DNA of 60,993 nucleotides, counting the filler. It is 5 parts of 5 records of this genome, joined end to end, with 100 filler letters (N's around TTAATTAATTAA, not from the genome) between each part and the next. Parts side by side here need not be neighbours in the genome. Positions count along the whole stretch, not along the records: positions 46,169 to 55,214 come from SRR22947725_3980; positions 55,315 to 60,993 come from SRR22947725_3986; 3 more parts are not named here. One strand, given 5' to 3'. Position 1 is the stretch's first letter. Each line of letters opens with the position of its first letter. The notes under the pieces were generated by a model. The model had not been told where the DNA came from and ran no database searches. It saw only the letters and a program-made list of their open reading frames with translations. This document shows positions 48,453 to 57,648 of this stretch, piece by piece. A program made the position numbers and the translations under genes.

Positions 48453-50504
48453 ATGAAAAAATTAAAATATTTATTAAACGTATTTCTTGCTTCTGCTTTA
48501 ATATTTGCTTGTGTAGAAGAAATAGAAAATAACATTGATTTTGTTGAGACTATTCAAGCCCCAACAAACGTATCAGCAATGATTAGCATAACTCAAGATA
48601 ACACAGGAGTAGTTACAATTACACCTACTGGTGAAGGGGTTGTTAGTTACACTGTTGATTTTGGAGATGGTTCTGATTCCTCTGACTCAGTAAATCCAGG
48701 AAACTCTGTAGTAAATACATATCCTGAGGGTACCTACGAGGCAATCATAACAGCAGTTGGTTTAAATGGTGAAGTAACTTCAACAGTTGTCTCTGTTGTA
48801 GTATCTTATTCTGCACCTGAAAACTTATTAGTAACGATTAATAATGTTCCCGGCAATGCTTTTGATATAACTGTATCTGCATCTGCAGATTTAGCGGCAT
48901 CTTTTGAGGTTTATTTTGGAGACCAAGGAGCTGACGAGGCCCCAACTCCGCTACAAATTGGAGAGACATTAACATACACGTATTCAAATGTTGGAGAATA
49001 CACTGTTACAGTAGTTGCACTAAGTGGTGGAGCAGCTACAACTGAATACTCAGAGGTAGTTACCATTGTTAATCCATTACTAATGCCTATTGATTTTGAA
49101 GATCCAACATTAAATTATTCGTTTGTTGATTTTGGAAATGCTCAAAGTACTGTGATTCCTAACCCAGATCCATCTGGTGTTAATACTAGTAGTACTGTTG
49201 CTCAATCAGTAAAGTTTAGCGGATCTGAAGTATGGGCTGGTTCATTTTTAACTATTGACGAACCTGTTGATTTTTCATCACTTAATAATATAGCAGTTGA
49301 TGTTTGGACATCAGAAGTTGGAGAAGTTGTTAAGCTAAAACTTGAAAACTCAGCTAACCCAGATATTAATACTGAAGTTGATATGACAACTACTGTAAAT
49401 CAAGGATGGGAAACATTAATTTACGACTTTAGTGAATCTGATTTATCACAAGATTATGATAGGGTTGTAATATTCTTTGATTTTGGAAATGTTGGAGATG
49501 ATACTTCATATTATTTTGATAACATTAGATTGTCTCTTCCTGCAGTATCTAACTTTACTACCGTTGAGGATTTTCAAGGTGATACACCTGGAAACTTTTC
49601 GTTTGGTGGAGTTGAAGGAGTTCAATTAGTATCTAACCCCAATCCTTCTGGAACAAATACTACATCTACAGTAATGCAGTTTACTAAAACTGAAGGAGCT
49701 GAAGTATGGGGAGGTATGGGATTTGCAGTTGATGGAATCATTAACTTTAATGGAACAAATCAAATAAAAATTAATTCATATGCACCAGAGGCAGGAAGGG
49801 TAGTTAAAGTTAAATTAGAAACTGTTGAAGGAAATGTTGATGGATTGACTTACGAATTTGATATGACCACTACAGTAGCAAACCAATGGGAAGTCTTAAC
49901 ATATGATTTCTCGGCTGCTCCTGATTTAGATTACGTATCATTTATTGTGTTTTATGATTTTGGAAATCAATCAGCTGGAGTTTATCACTTTGATGAAATT
50001 CAAGTTGGATTAGGTGAATATATTCCTACACAAGCTCCGAGTATAGCAATTGAAGATTTTGAAGGTGACTTACCAGGAAACTTCTCTTTTGGTGGTGTTG
50101 AAGGAGTTCAGATTGTTGAAAACCCTAATAGTTCTGGAACTAATACAACAGCAAATGTTATGCAATGTACTAAGACAGAAGGATCAGAAGTATGGGGTGG
50201 AATGGGAATTTCAGTTGACCCTATTAATTTTTCTTCTGCTGGAATGAATCAAATTCAAATTCAATCTTACTCACCAGAAGCTGGTAAAGTTGTTAAGGTT
50301 AAATTAGAGACTATTGAAGGAAATGTTGATGGTCTAACATATGAGTTTGATATGACAACAACAGTAGCTAATCAGTGGGAAACTTTAACATATGATTTTA
50401 GTTTAGCACCTGATTTAGATTACGTATCTTTTATTGTATTTTATGATTTTGGAAATACTGGAGAAGGAGTTTATCACTTTGATGAAATAAAATTGGTTAA
50501 TTAA
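48453..50504 (+). CDS. Surface glycan-binding lipoprotein with two PKD/Ig-like domains and three tandem CBM-like modules
   Basis: IFAC lipobox, VDFGDGS..TY..GTY PKD pattern, and three repeats of DFE..NP..SG.NT..EVW.G..VK.KLE..W..L.YDF..DFG..Y.FD.I. Confidence 0.8.
   Translation: MKKLKYLLNVFLASALIFACVEEIENNIDFVETIQAPTNVSAMISITQDNTGVVTITPTGEGVVSYTVDFGDGSDSSDSVNPGNSVVNTYPEGTYEAIITAVGLNGEVTSTVVSVVVSYSAPENLLVTINNVPGNAFDITVSASADLAASFEVYFGDQGADEAPTPLQIGETLTYTYSNVGEYTVTVVALSGGAATTEYSEVVTIVNPLLMPIDFEDPTLNYSFVDFGNAQSTVIPNPDPSGVNTSSTVAQSVKFSGSEVWAGSFLTIDEPVDFSSLNNIAVDVWTSEVGEVVKLKLENSANPDINTEVDMTTTVNQGWETLIYDFSESDLSQDYDRVVIFFDFGNVGDDTSYYFDNIRLSLPAVSNFTTVEDFQGDTPGNFSFGGVEGVQLVSNPNPSGTNTTSTVMQFTKTEGAEVWGGMGFAVDGIINFNGTNQIKINSYAPEAGRVVKVKLETVEGNVDGLTYEFDMTTTVANQWEVLTYDFSAAPDLDYVSFIVFYDFGNQSAGVYHFDEIQVGLGEYIPTQAPSIAIEDFEGDLPGNFSFGGVEGVQIVENPNSSGTNTTANVMQCTKTEGSEVWGGMGISVDPINFSSAGMNQIQIQSYSPEAGKVVKVKLETIEGNVDGLTYEFDMTTTVANQWETLTYDFSLAPDLDYVSFIVFYDFGNTGEGVYHFDEIKLVN
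49563..50501 (+). repeat. Internal tandem duplication of a roughly 150-codon module
   Basis: About 49563-50006 and 50049-50501 share long identical peptide runs (EGNVDGLTYEFDMTTTVANQWE, APDLDYVSFIVFYDFGN) with many synonymous differences. Confidence 0.9.
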
Positions 50505-50516
50505 AAAAATATAACA

Positions 50517-51398
50517 ATGAAAAAAATTAAATATTTATTTAAATCTCTATTAGTAATTATAGCATTAGTTTTTACTTCTTGCGAAACAGAAGATCACGAA
50601 TTTGGTGATATAGTCAACCCTACTAATTTACAAGTTTCAGCAGATATTGTAGGGGCTGATGATAATAATCCAAATGGAGATGGTAGTGGTACAGTTCATT
50701 TGACGGCTGTAGCAGACAATGCAATTACTTATAAATTTGTTAGTAATGGAGTAGAAACGATGTCTCCTAGTGGAATGATTACTTATAACTTTTCTACGAC
50801 AGGACTGAGTAACTATGAAGTTACAGTGATCGCAATTGGAAAAGCTGGAGTTGTTTCTAATACATCTATTTCTTTAGATGTATTAGTCTTATATTCTCCA
50901 CCAGCAGAACTATTAGAAGCTATGTACACTGGAAGTTGGAGAGTAAAGGCCGAAGAGTTTGGACATATGGGTGTTGGTCCATCTGATTTAGATACGCCAG
51001 ACTGGTGGCAAGCTGCAGCATTTGATAAAGTAGACACAGGAATGTACGATGACAGATACACGTTTACACCTGATGGAATTTTAACTGTTGAAACTTTTGG
51101 TAGTATTTTTGGAAAAGCTCCACCACTAGCTGATGAATTTGTAGGAGATCAAGGACTAGAAGCTAACGGAAATAATGAATATGAGTACTATCCGACTGAA
51201 GATTTTACATCAAATTGGACTATAGGTGCTCCAGGTGGTGAGGAACACATTTACCTTGATGGAAATGGATTTTTTGGATTTTATGTTGGAGGAACCCATG
51301 CCTACAAAATTATCGATAGTTCATCAAATACCTTAACTCTTAAAACTGTAGGTTTTGAAGGCTTGGCTTGGTATATAATACTCACAAATGAGCAGTAA
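50517..51398 (+). CDS. PKD-domain surface lipoprotein of the PUL (SusE/F-positioned)
   Basis: FTSC lipobox, PTNL..DIVG..GDGSG Ig-like domain, and an aromatic-rich C-terminal domain (H.GVGP..WW.A..YDD). Confidence 0.75.
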   Translation: MKKIKYLFKSLLVIIALVFTSCETEDHEFGDIVNPTNLQVSADIVGADDNNPNGDGSGTVHLTAVADNAITYKFVSNGVETMSPSGMITYNFSTTGLSNYEVTVIAIGKAGVVSNTSISLDVLVLYSPPAELLEAMYTGSWRVKAEEFGHMGVGPSDLDTPDWWQAAAFDKVDTGMYDDRYTFTPDGILTVETFGSIFGKAPPLADEFVGDQGLEANGNNEYEYYPTEDFTSNWTIGAPGGEEHIYLDGNGFFGFYVGGTHAYKIIDSSSNTLTLKTVGFEGLAWYIILTNEQ

Positions 51399-51422
51399 TA
51401 CATTATAATATCATAATATTTT

Positions 51423-51458
51423 AAAAAGAGAGAAATGATTATTTATTTCTCTCTTTTT
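51423..51458 (+). terminator. Intrinsic terminator or stem-loop between the uptake genes and the hydrolase genes
   Basis: AAAAAGAGAGAAATGA / TTATTTCTCTCTTTTT inverted repeat. Confidence 0.7.
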
Positions 51459-51487
51459 AGTTATATTTATCATCTTAAAATTTAAAC

Positions 51488-52582
51488 ATGTTTCGTTTAG
51501 TTACACTTATTCTTTTTCTAACAACCTCATGCTCGAGTGAGAAGTCTGTCAATGGAGGAGAAAATTCAGCAACGATTATTGAAGAAATTATTCCAACAAA
51601 CTTAAATTTAACAATTGATATTGTTGGACAAAACTCTGATAATTTAAGTGGAGATGGTAGTGGAGTTATAAGTTGTTCAGCATCAGCAACTGACGCCATT
51701 AACTATGAATTTAGATTTGGAAATGGAGAGGTCGTTGAAAGCGCTAGTGGTAATGTTGAATTTACATATACAACCCCGGGTCTAAATAATTACACTGTTT
51801 ATGTATATGCTTTCTCTGAGACTGATAACTATGTTGTAGATTTTCAATCTGTTTCTGTATATGTTAATGATGATACATCAGCTGGATTAATTTGGTCTGA
51901 GGAATTTAATGAAACTGGAGCAGTTAATAATAATAATTGGACTCATGAAATTGGAAATGGTGAATGGGGATGGGGAAATGGTGAATCTCAATACTATACA
52001 AGTAGGTTAGAAAATTCAAAAGTAGAGGATGGGGTTTTGAAAATAACTGCTAAAACTGAAGTTTATCAAGAATATAATTATACTTCTGCTAGATTAATTT
52101 CTCGGGATAAGTTTGAATTCCAATATGGTAGAGTTGATATAAGAGCGAAATTACCTGAGGGGCAAGGAACATGGCCTGCCCTTTGGATGCTGGGAGCTAA
52201 TCATACTAGTGTAGGTTGGCCTGAATGTGGAGAAATTGATATAATGGAGCACTGGGGCCATAATCCAACAGTTGTTGCAGGATCTATTCACACTCCCTAT
52301 AGTCACGGAGATACATGGACCAATGGTCACGTAAACGTCAGTGACTTCAACGAATTTCATATCTATTCGATAAATTGGACTTCTGAAAAAATACAATTTT
52401 TCATTGATGATAATTTGTATTACACTTATAATCCCTCTCCTAAAAATATTGAAAATTGGCCATTTGATGCACCTCAATTTTTTATTTTAAATATAGCTAT
52501 GGGAGGACACTGGTTTGATATTGATCCAAATTTTGTCGAATCAACCATGGAAGTAGATTATATAAGAGTTTATAATAATTAA
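51488..52582 (+). CDS. GH16 endo-beta-1,3-glucanase (laminarinase) lipoprotein with an N-terminal PKD-like domain
   Basis: WSEEF, WGN.E.QYY, YTSARL, WPALWM, EIDIME catalytic motif, TTSC lipobox. Confidence 0.93.
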   Translation: MFRLVTLILFLTTSCSSEKSVNGGENSATIIEEIIPTNLNLTIDIVGQNSDNLSGDGSGVISCSASATDAINYEFRFGNGEVVESASGNVEFTYTTPGLNNYTVYVYAFSETDNYVVDFQSVSVYVNDDTSAGLIWSEEFNETGAVNNNNWTHEIGNGEWGWGNGESQYYTSRLENSKVEDGVLKITAKTEVYQEYNYTSARLISRDKFEFQYGRVDIRAKLPEGQGTWPALWMLGANHTSVGWPECGEIDIMEHWGHNPTVVAGSIHTPYSHGDTWTNGHVNVSDFNEFHIYSINWTSEKIQFFIDDNLYYTYNPSPKNIENWPFDAPQFFILNIAMGGHWFDIDPNFVESTMEVDYIRVYNN

Positions 52583-52607
52583 AATACCAACACAAAATAC
52601 ATAATAA

Positions 52608-54875
52608 ATGAAATCAAAATTTTTACAAATAATTTTTGTAGTAACTCTAGTTTTTAATTACAGTTGTAATGAATCTATTTCTGAAAAAGAAATATTTATA
52701 AGTGACCTAATGTCTAAAATGACTTTAGACGAAAAAGTAGGCCAAATGAATCAATATAACGGATTTTGGGATGCCACAGGACCTCTTCCAAAGAAAGGTT
52801 ATGAGAAAGGAAGGTATGACGATTTAAGAAATGGTTTGGTTGGCTCTATGTTAAATGTTACAGGAGTTAAAAATGTATCAGCACTTCAAAAAATTGCTGT
52901 TGAAGAAACAAGACTTGGTATTCCATTAATATTTGGTTTTGATGTTATTCATGGGTATAAAACTATTAGTCCAATTCCACTAGCTGAATCAGCGAGTTGG
53001 GACATTAAAGCAATTGAAAAATCTGCAAGAATTGCAGCTGAAGAAGCAGCTGCAGCTGGATTAAATTGGACTTTTGCTCCAATGGTAGATATTTATCGAG
53101 ATGCTAGATGGGGTAGAGTTATGGAAGGAGCTGGAGAAGACACTTATTTAGGAAGTGTTATTGCTGCAGCTAGAGTTAATGGATTTCAGGGTGAAAATTT
53201 ATCCGATTTTTCAACAATTGCTGCTTGTGCTAAACATTTTGCTGCTTACGGATTTCCAGAGGCTGGTAGAGATTATAATACCGCAGATATAAATAAATAT
53301 ACCCTTTATAATAATGTTTTACCTCCTTTCAAAGCTGCGCTTGATGCAGGTGTTAGTACATTTATGAATGCATTTAACACACTAAATGAAGTTCCTGCAA
53401 CTGGAAGTAAATTCTTACAAAGAGATATTTTAAAAGGAGACTGGGGCTTTGAAGGTTTTGTTGTTTCTGATTGGGGTTCTATTGGTGAAATGATTCCTCA
53501 TGGATACGCTAAAGATGGAGTACATGCTGCAGAGCTTGCAGCTAATGCTGGATCAGATATGGACATGGAATCAAGTCTTTACGTTAGAGAATTACAAGGC
53601 TTAGTTGCAGATGGGAAAGTAGATATTAGTGTCATTGATGATGCTGTAAAAAGGATTTTGGGGGTTAAATATGATTTAGGTCTTTTTGAAGATCCGTATA
53701 AATATTGTGATTTAGAAAGAGAAAAAACTGTAATTGGAAGTAAAGAAAATAATTTAGCTGCATTAGATATGGCTAAAAAATCAATTGTGTTACTAAAAAA
53801 TGAAAACTCTTTGTTACCAATTAATAAAAATGGTCAGAAAATTACTTTGATTGGACATTTAGCTGATGATAATAATAGTCCACTTGGAAATTGGAGAGGT
53901 GCTGGAGAAAGCAATACTGCTGTAACTGTATTAGAGGGATTAGAAAACTATGGAAATAATTCTATTACATATAAAAAGGGAGTTGATTTATACTATGGAG
54001 AAACTAACTTTCATAATAGAGTTAAACTAAATCATAAAGATAAAACCGGTTTTAAAGAGGCTAAAATAGCTGCCAAATCTGCAGATATAGTTGTTATGGT
54101 TCTAGGCGAAGAAGGTTTTCAATCAGGGGAAGGTAGAAGTAGAACTGAGTTAGGATTACCAGGTTTACAACAAGAATTATTAGAAGAGGTCTTTAAAGTC
54201 AATAAAAATATAGTTTTAGTATTAATGAATGGAAGACCCTTAAATTTAACTTGGGCTGATGAAAATATTCCTGCAATTCTAGAAACTTGGCACTTAGGAA
54301 CACAGTCTGGAAATGCTATAGCAGAAGTATTGTATGGAAATTATAATCCTAGTGGAAAATTAACGATGTCGTTTCCAAGAAATGTAGGACAAGTTCCACT
54401 TTATTACAATTATAAAAAAACTGGAAGACCAGGAGCTTCTTCTGCAGAGGTTACAAAATCAACTTATGCTGATGTTGAAAATAGTCCATTATATCCTTTT
54501 GGATACGGATTAAGTTATACTAGTTTTAGCTATTCAGATTTTTCTCTAAGTTCAAAGGAAATCACAAGAGATGACACTATCATTGCTAGTGTGAAAATTA
54601 CTAACACAGGAAAAGTTAAAGGCAAGGAAGTAGTACAAATGTATATAAGAGATCATTATGGAAGTCTTGCGAGGCCTGTTAAAGAGTTAAAAGGTTTTGA
54701 ACTTTTAGAATTAAATCCTGGAGAAACTAAAGAAGTTAGTTTTGAGATTGATAATTCTAAGTTGGTGTATTACACTGCTAATGATCGATGGGAATCAGAA
54801 ACCGGAAAATTCAGTGTTTTTATCGGGGGTGACTCTGATGTTAAGGATAACAAATCATTTGATTTAATTAATTAA
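52608..54875 (+). CDS. bglX: GH3 beta-glucosidase (BglX-like)
   Basis: DVIHG, RDARWGR..EG.GED, KHF, VSDW nucleophile motif, SGEGRSR, and a C-terminal Fn3-like domain. Confidence 0.9.
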   Translation: MKSKFLQIIFVVTLVFNYSCNESISEKEIFISDLMSKMTLDEKVGQMNQYNGFWDATGPLPKKGYEKGRYDDLRNGLVGSMLNVTGVKNVSALQKIAVEETRLGIPLIFGFDVIHGYKTISPIPLAESASWDIKAIEKSARIAAEEAAAAGLNWTFAPMVDIYRDARWGRVMEGAGEDTYLGSVIAAARVNGFQGENLSDFSTIAACAKHFAAYGFPEAGRDYNTADINKYTLYNNVLPPFKAALDAGVSTFMNAFNTLNEVPATGSKFLQRDILKGDWGFEGFVVSDWGSIGEMIPHGYAKDGVHAAELAANAGSDMDMESSLYVRELQGLVADGKVDISVIDDAVKRILGVKYDLGLFEDPYKYCDLEREKTVIGSKENNLAALDMAKKSIVLLKNENSLLPINKNGQKITLIGHLADDNNSPLGNWRGAGESNTAVTVLEGLENYGNNSITYKKGVDLYYGETNFHNRVKLNHKDKTGFKEAKIAAKSADIVVMVLGEEGFQSGEGRSRTELGLPGLQQELLEEVFKVNKNIVLVLMNGRPLNLTWADENIPAILETWHLGTQSGNAIAEVLYGNYNPSGKLTMSFPRNVGQVPLYYNYKKTGRPGASSAEVTKSTYADVENSPLYPFGYGLSYTSFSYSDFSLSSKEITRDDTIIASVKITNTGKVKGKEVVQMYIRDHYGSLARPVKELKGFELLELNPGETKEVSFEIDNSKLVYYTANDRWESETGKFSVFIGGDSDVKDNKSFDLIN

Positions 54876-54880
54876 CAGTA

Positions 54881-55214
54881 ATGATAACCTTAAAACAACT
54901 AGCTAATAAATTAAATGTTTCTGTTTCGACAGTTTCTAAAGCTCTTAATAACAGCGATGAGATTAGTGAAGAGACTATAAATAAAATTCAAAATTTAGCT
55001 AAAGAATTAAATTACAAAAGAAATAAAATTGCCCTAAGTCTAAAAAATAATAAGACCTTTACACTAGGTGTTATTATTCCTGATATTTTAAATAGATTTT
55101 ACGCAAAAGTTCTCCATGGAATACAAAAAGCTGCTGAAGAGACAGGTTATGATATAATAATTTACTCATCTAAAGAGTCATTGGTTAAAGAAATTGATTA
55201 TTTAAATATACTTG
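54881..55214 (+). CDS. LacI-family transcriptional regulator (3'-truncated)
   Basis: ITLKQLA..LNVSVSTVSKALN HTH, A.SL, LGVIIPD. Confidence 0.92.
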
Positions 55215-55314
55215 NNNNNNNNNNNNNNNNNNNNNNNNNNNNNNNNNNNNNNNNNNNNTTAATTAATTAANNNNNNNNNNNNNNNNNNNNNNNNNNNNNN
55301 NNNNNNNNNNNNNN
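55215..55314. other. Artificial contig spacer
   Basis: N44-TTAATTAATTAA-N44. Confidence 0.98.
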
Positions 55315-55355
55315 AATTAAATTTTAAAAATTGATACTAGTAGATCTAGTAATCA

Positions 55356-56015
55356 ATGAAAAAAATACAAATTTCACCATCAATTTTATCTGCTGATTTT
55401 AGTCAATTAGGTAATGAAATTAAAAGACTTGAAGAAGGAGGTGCAGATATGATTCATGTAGACGTTATGGATGGCCATTTTGTTCCAAATCTCACCATTG
55501 GGCCTCCCGTCATTAAAGCCTTGAGAAAACAATGTTCAATTAAATTTGATGTTCACCTGATGATTTCTCCTGTTCATAAGTACATAGAAGCTTATTCTGA
55601 TGCTGGTGCAGATATTATTACAATTCATCCTGAAGCAACTGATAATTTAGGTGAGTCCATTTTAAAGATTAAAAGTTTAAATAAAAAAGTTGGTGTTTCA
55701 CTTAATCCAGAGACTAAAATTGATTTAATTATAGACTACCTTGAAAAAATTGATTTAGTTTTAATAATGAGTGTAAATCCAGGATTTGGAGGTCAAAAAT
55801 TTATGCCTGAAGTTTTAGATAAAATTAGGGAACTCAAAAAAATTCAATCTAAAAATAATTTAAATTTTGACATTGAAATTGATGGAGGAATTAATTTTGA
55901 TAATTGTCAATTAGCAATAGAGGCTGGTGCTAACATACTTGTTTCTGGAACAACTGTATTTAAAAGTAATAATGGAGATATTAAAAAAAATATTAATTTA
56001 TTAAAATTAAAATAA
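55356..56015 (+). CDS. rpe: Ribulose-phosphate 3-epimerase
   Basis: SPSILSADF, HVDVMDGHFVPN, DVHLM, MSVNPGFGGQ, IDGG. Confidence 0.97.
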   Translation: MKKIQISPSILSADFSQLGNEIKRLEEGGADMIHVDVMDGHFVPNLTIGPPVIKALRKQCSIKFDVHLMISPVHKYIEAYSDAGADIITIHPEATDNLGESILKIKSLNKKVGVSLNPETKIDLIIDYLEKIDLVLIMSVNPGFGGQKFMPEVLDKIRELKKIQSKNNLNFDIEIDGGINFDNCQLAIEAGANILVSGTTVFKSNNGDIKKNINLLKLK

Positions 56016-56019
56016 GTTA

Positions 56020-57648
56020 ATGATCAACAAAAATTCTATAGTTAATTTAAGCCAAATTTATTTTAATTTAAAACTAAGATTAAAACAATTTTACCAAAAC
56101 TCTGATTTTTATGACAAAAAAATATCTAAAACTAAAAATATAACCCTTGGTTATAAACCAAGTCCATACTTACTATCTTCAATAGTAAAATATCAAAAAA
56201 AGAAATATAAAATTGAAGACTTTGCTTTGGAGAGTATTTGGCAAAATGATTTGAAATATGAAGAATTTGAAAAATTAAATAATTTTTTTTGGTTTTTTAG
56301 TCTTGACTTAAAATCATCAAAAAAAACAACTCAAACAGTTATCAATAATTGGATCAACAAAAACGATCACTATAATAAAAAGAGTTGGGATTTTGATATT
56401 ACCTCTAAAAGAATAATTTCTTGGTTATCTAATCATCAATTAACTTATGAAGATTGTGAAGATGAATTTAAGAAAAAGTTTAACCAAAGTATTCAAAAAC
56501 AAACAAATCATCTTCTAAATGAAATCAAAAATTTGTCAGAGGTTGAAAATAAAATTGTTGGGTGTGCTGCAATAATTTTAACAGGTCTGTCATATAAAGA
56601 GGAAAGCAAGTATCTTATTAATGGATTAACTCTTTTAAAAAAGATAATAAAATCATCAATTGATAATCAAGGTTTTCCAAAATCTAGAAATATAAAACAA
56701 TTAATCTTTTACTTGAAATATTTTATTTTAATTAGAGAGTGGTTTAAAGAGTCTCAAAATTTAATTCCCGAATATATTGATGAAACAATATACTATCTCG
56801 GTCAAAGTTATGCTTTTATTTGGCAAAACATTAATCAAGATATTCTATTTAATGGTAACTACATCTCAAATAATAGTGAGTTTGACCAATACCTCAAAAG
56901 ATTTGGATATGTTTTTAAAAATGAAAATAAAGAGATCGCAGGTTATGCAATTCTTAAAAATAAAAAAATTATATTAGCAATGGATATAGGAGAAAGTCCT
57001 AGAAATAATTTTTCAAAGTTTTATCAATCTGGTGCTCTTTCATTTGAAATTTTATCAAATAGTAAAAAACTCATAACTAACTCTGGATATTTTTCAAATA
57101 AACAAAACAAATTAAATAAACTTTCAAAAAGTACTGCTTTGCAAAGCACTTTGTCAATTGAAGATCATTCTTCTTGCAATTATAAAAAAATAAATAAATC
57201 AAATCTAATTGTTAATAAGGGTATTCGTATAATTAAAAAAAATATTGTATTTGAAAATAATTATTGGAAAATATCAGGTTCACATGATGGATATCTAAAA
57301 AAATTTCAAACAATTCATGAGAGAGAAATTGAATTTTATCCAGAACAAATGAAATTTATTGGTTATGATAAATTATTAAGAAAAGATAATTCACAAGAAA
57401 TTAAATTTGACATTAGATTTCATTTGGACCCAAGTTCAAAAGCAATGAAAACACAAGATAATAGGTCCATCCTAATAGAACTAGAAGAAGAAGGCTGGAA
57501 ATTTAGTTGTGAAAATTTTGATATATATATTGATAATGGATTATATTTAGGTATTAAAAATTCATATAAAGAAAATCAAAACATATGTGTGTCTGGAATA
57601 AGTAAAGAAAAAAATCAAATTATAAAATGGGAAATTACTAGGATATAA
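56020..57648 (+). CDS. Heparinase II/III-family protein (alphaproteobacterial type)
   Basis: W....SKRIISWL, GALSFE..LITNSG, GSHDGY..H.R, IRFHL.P. Located between rpe and purH. Confidence 0.75.
   Translation: MINKNSIVNLSQIYFNLKLRLKQFYQNSDFYDKKISKTKNITLGYKPSPYLLSSIVKYQKKKYKIEDFALESIWQNDLKYEEFEKLNNFFWFFSLDLKSSKKTTQTVINNWINKNDHYNKKSWDFDITSKRIISWLSNHQLTYEDCEDEFKKKFNQSIQKQTNHLLNEIKNLSEVENKIVGCAAIILTGLSYKEESKYLINGLTLLKKIIKSSIDNQGFPKSRNIKQLIFYLKYFILIREWFKESQNLIPEYIDETIYYLGQSYAFIWQNINQDILFNGNYISNNSEFDQYLKRFGYVFKNENKEIAGYAILKNKKIILAMDIGESPRNNFSKFYQSGALSFEILSNSKKLITNSGYFSNKQNKLNKLSKSTALQSTLSIEDHSSCNYKKINKSNLIVNKGIRIIKKNIVFENNYWKISGSHDGYLKKFQTIHEREIEFYPEQMKFIGYDKLLRKDNSQEIKFDIRFHLDPSSKAMKTQDNRSILIELEEEGWKFSCENFDIYIDNGLYLGIKNSYKENQNICVSGISKEKNQIIKWEITRI

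Noticed and set aside
37970..55214. A single xylan plus laminarin super-PUL
   Set aside because: The two clusters are separated by an artificial spacer at 46069-46168, with truncated genes on both sides.
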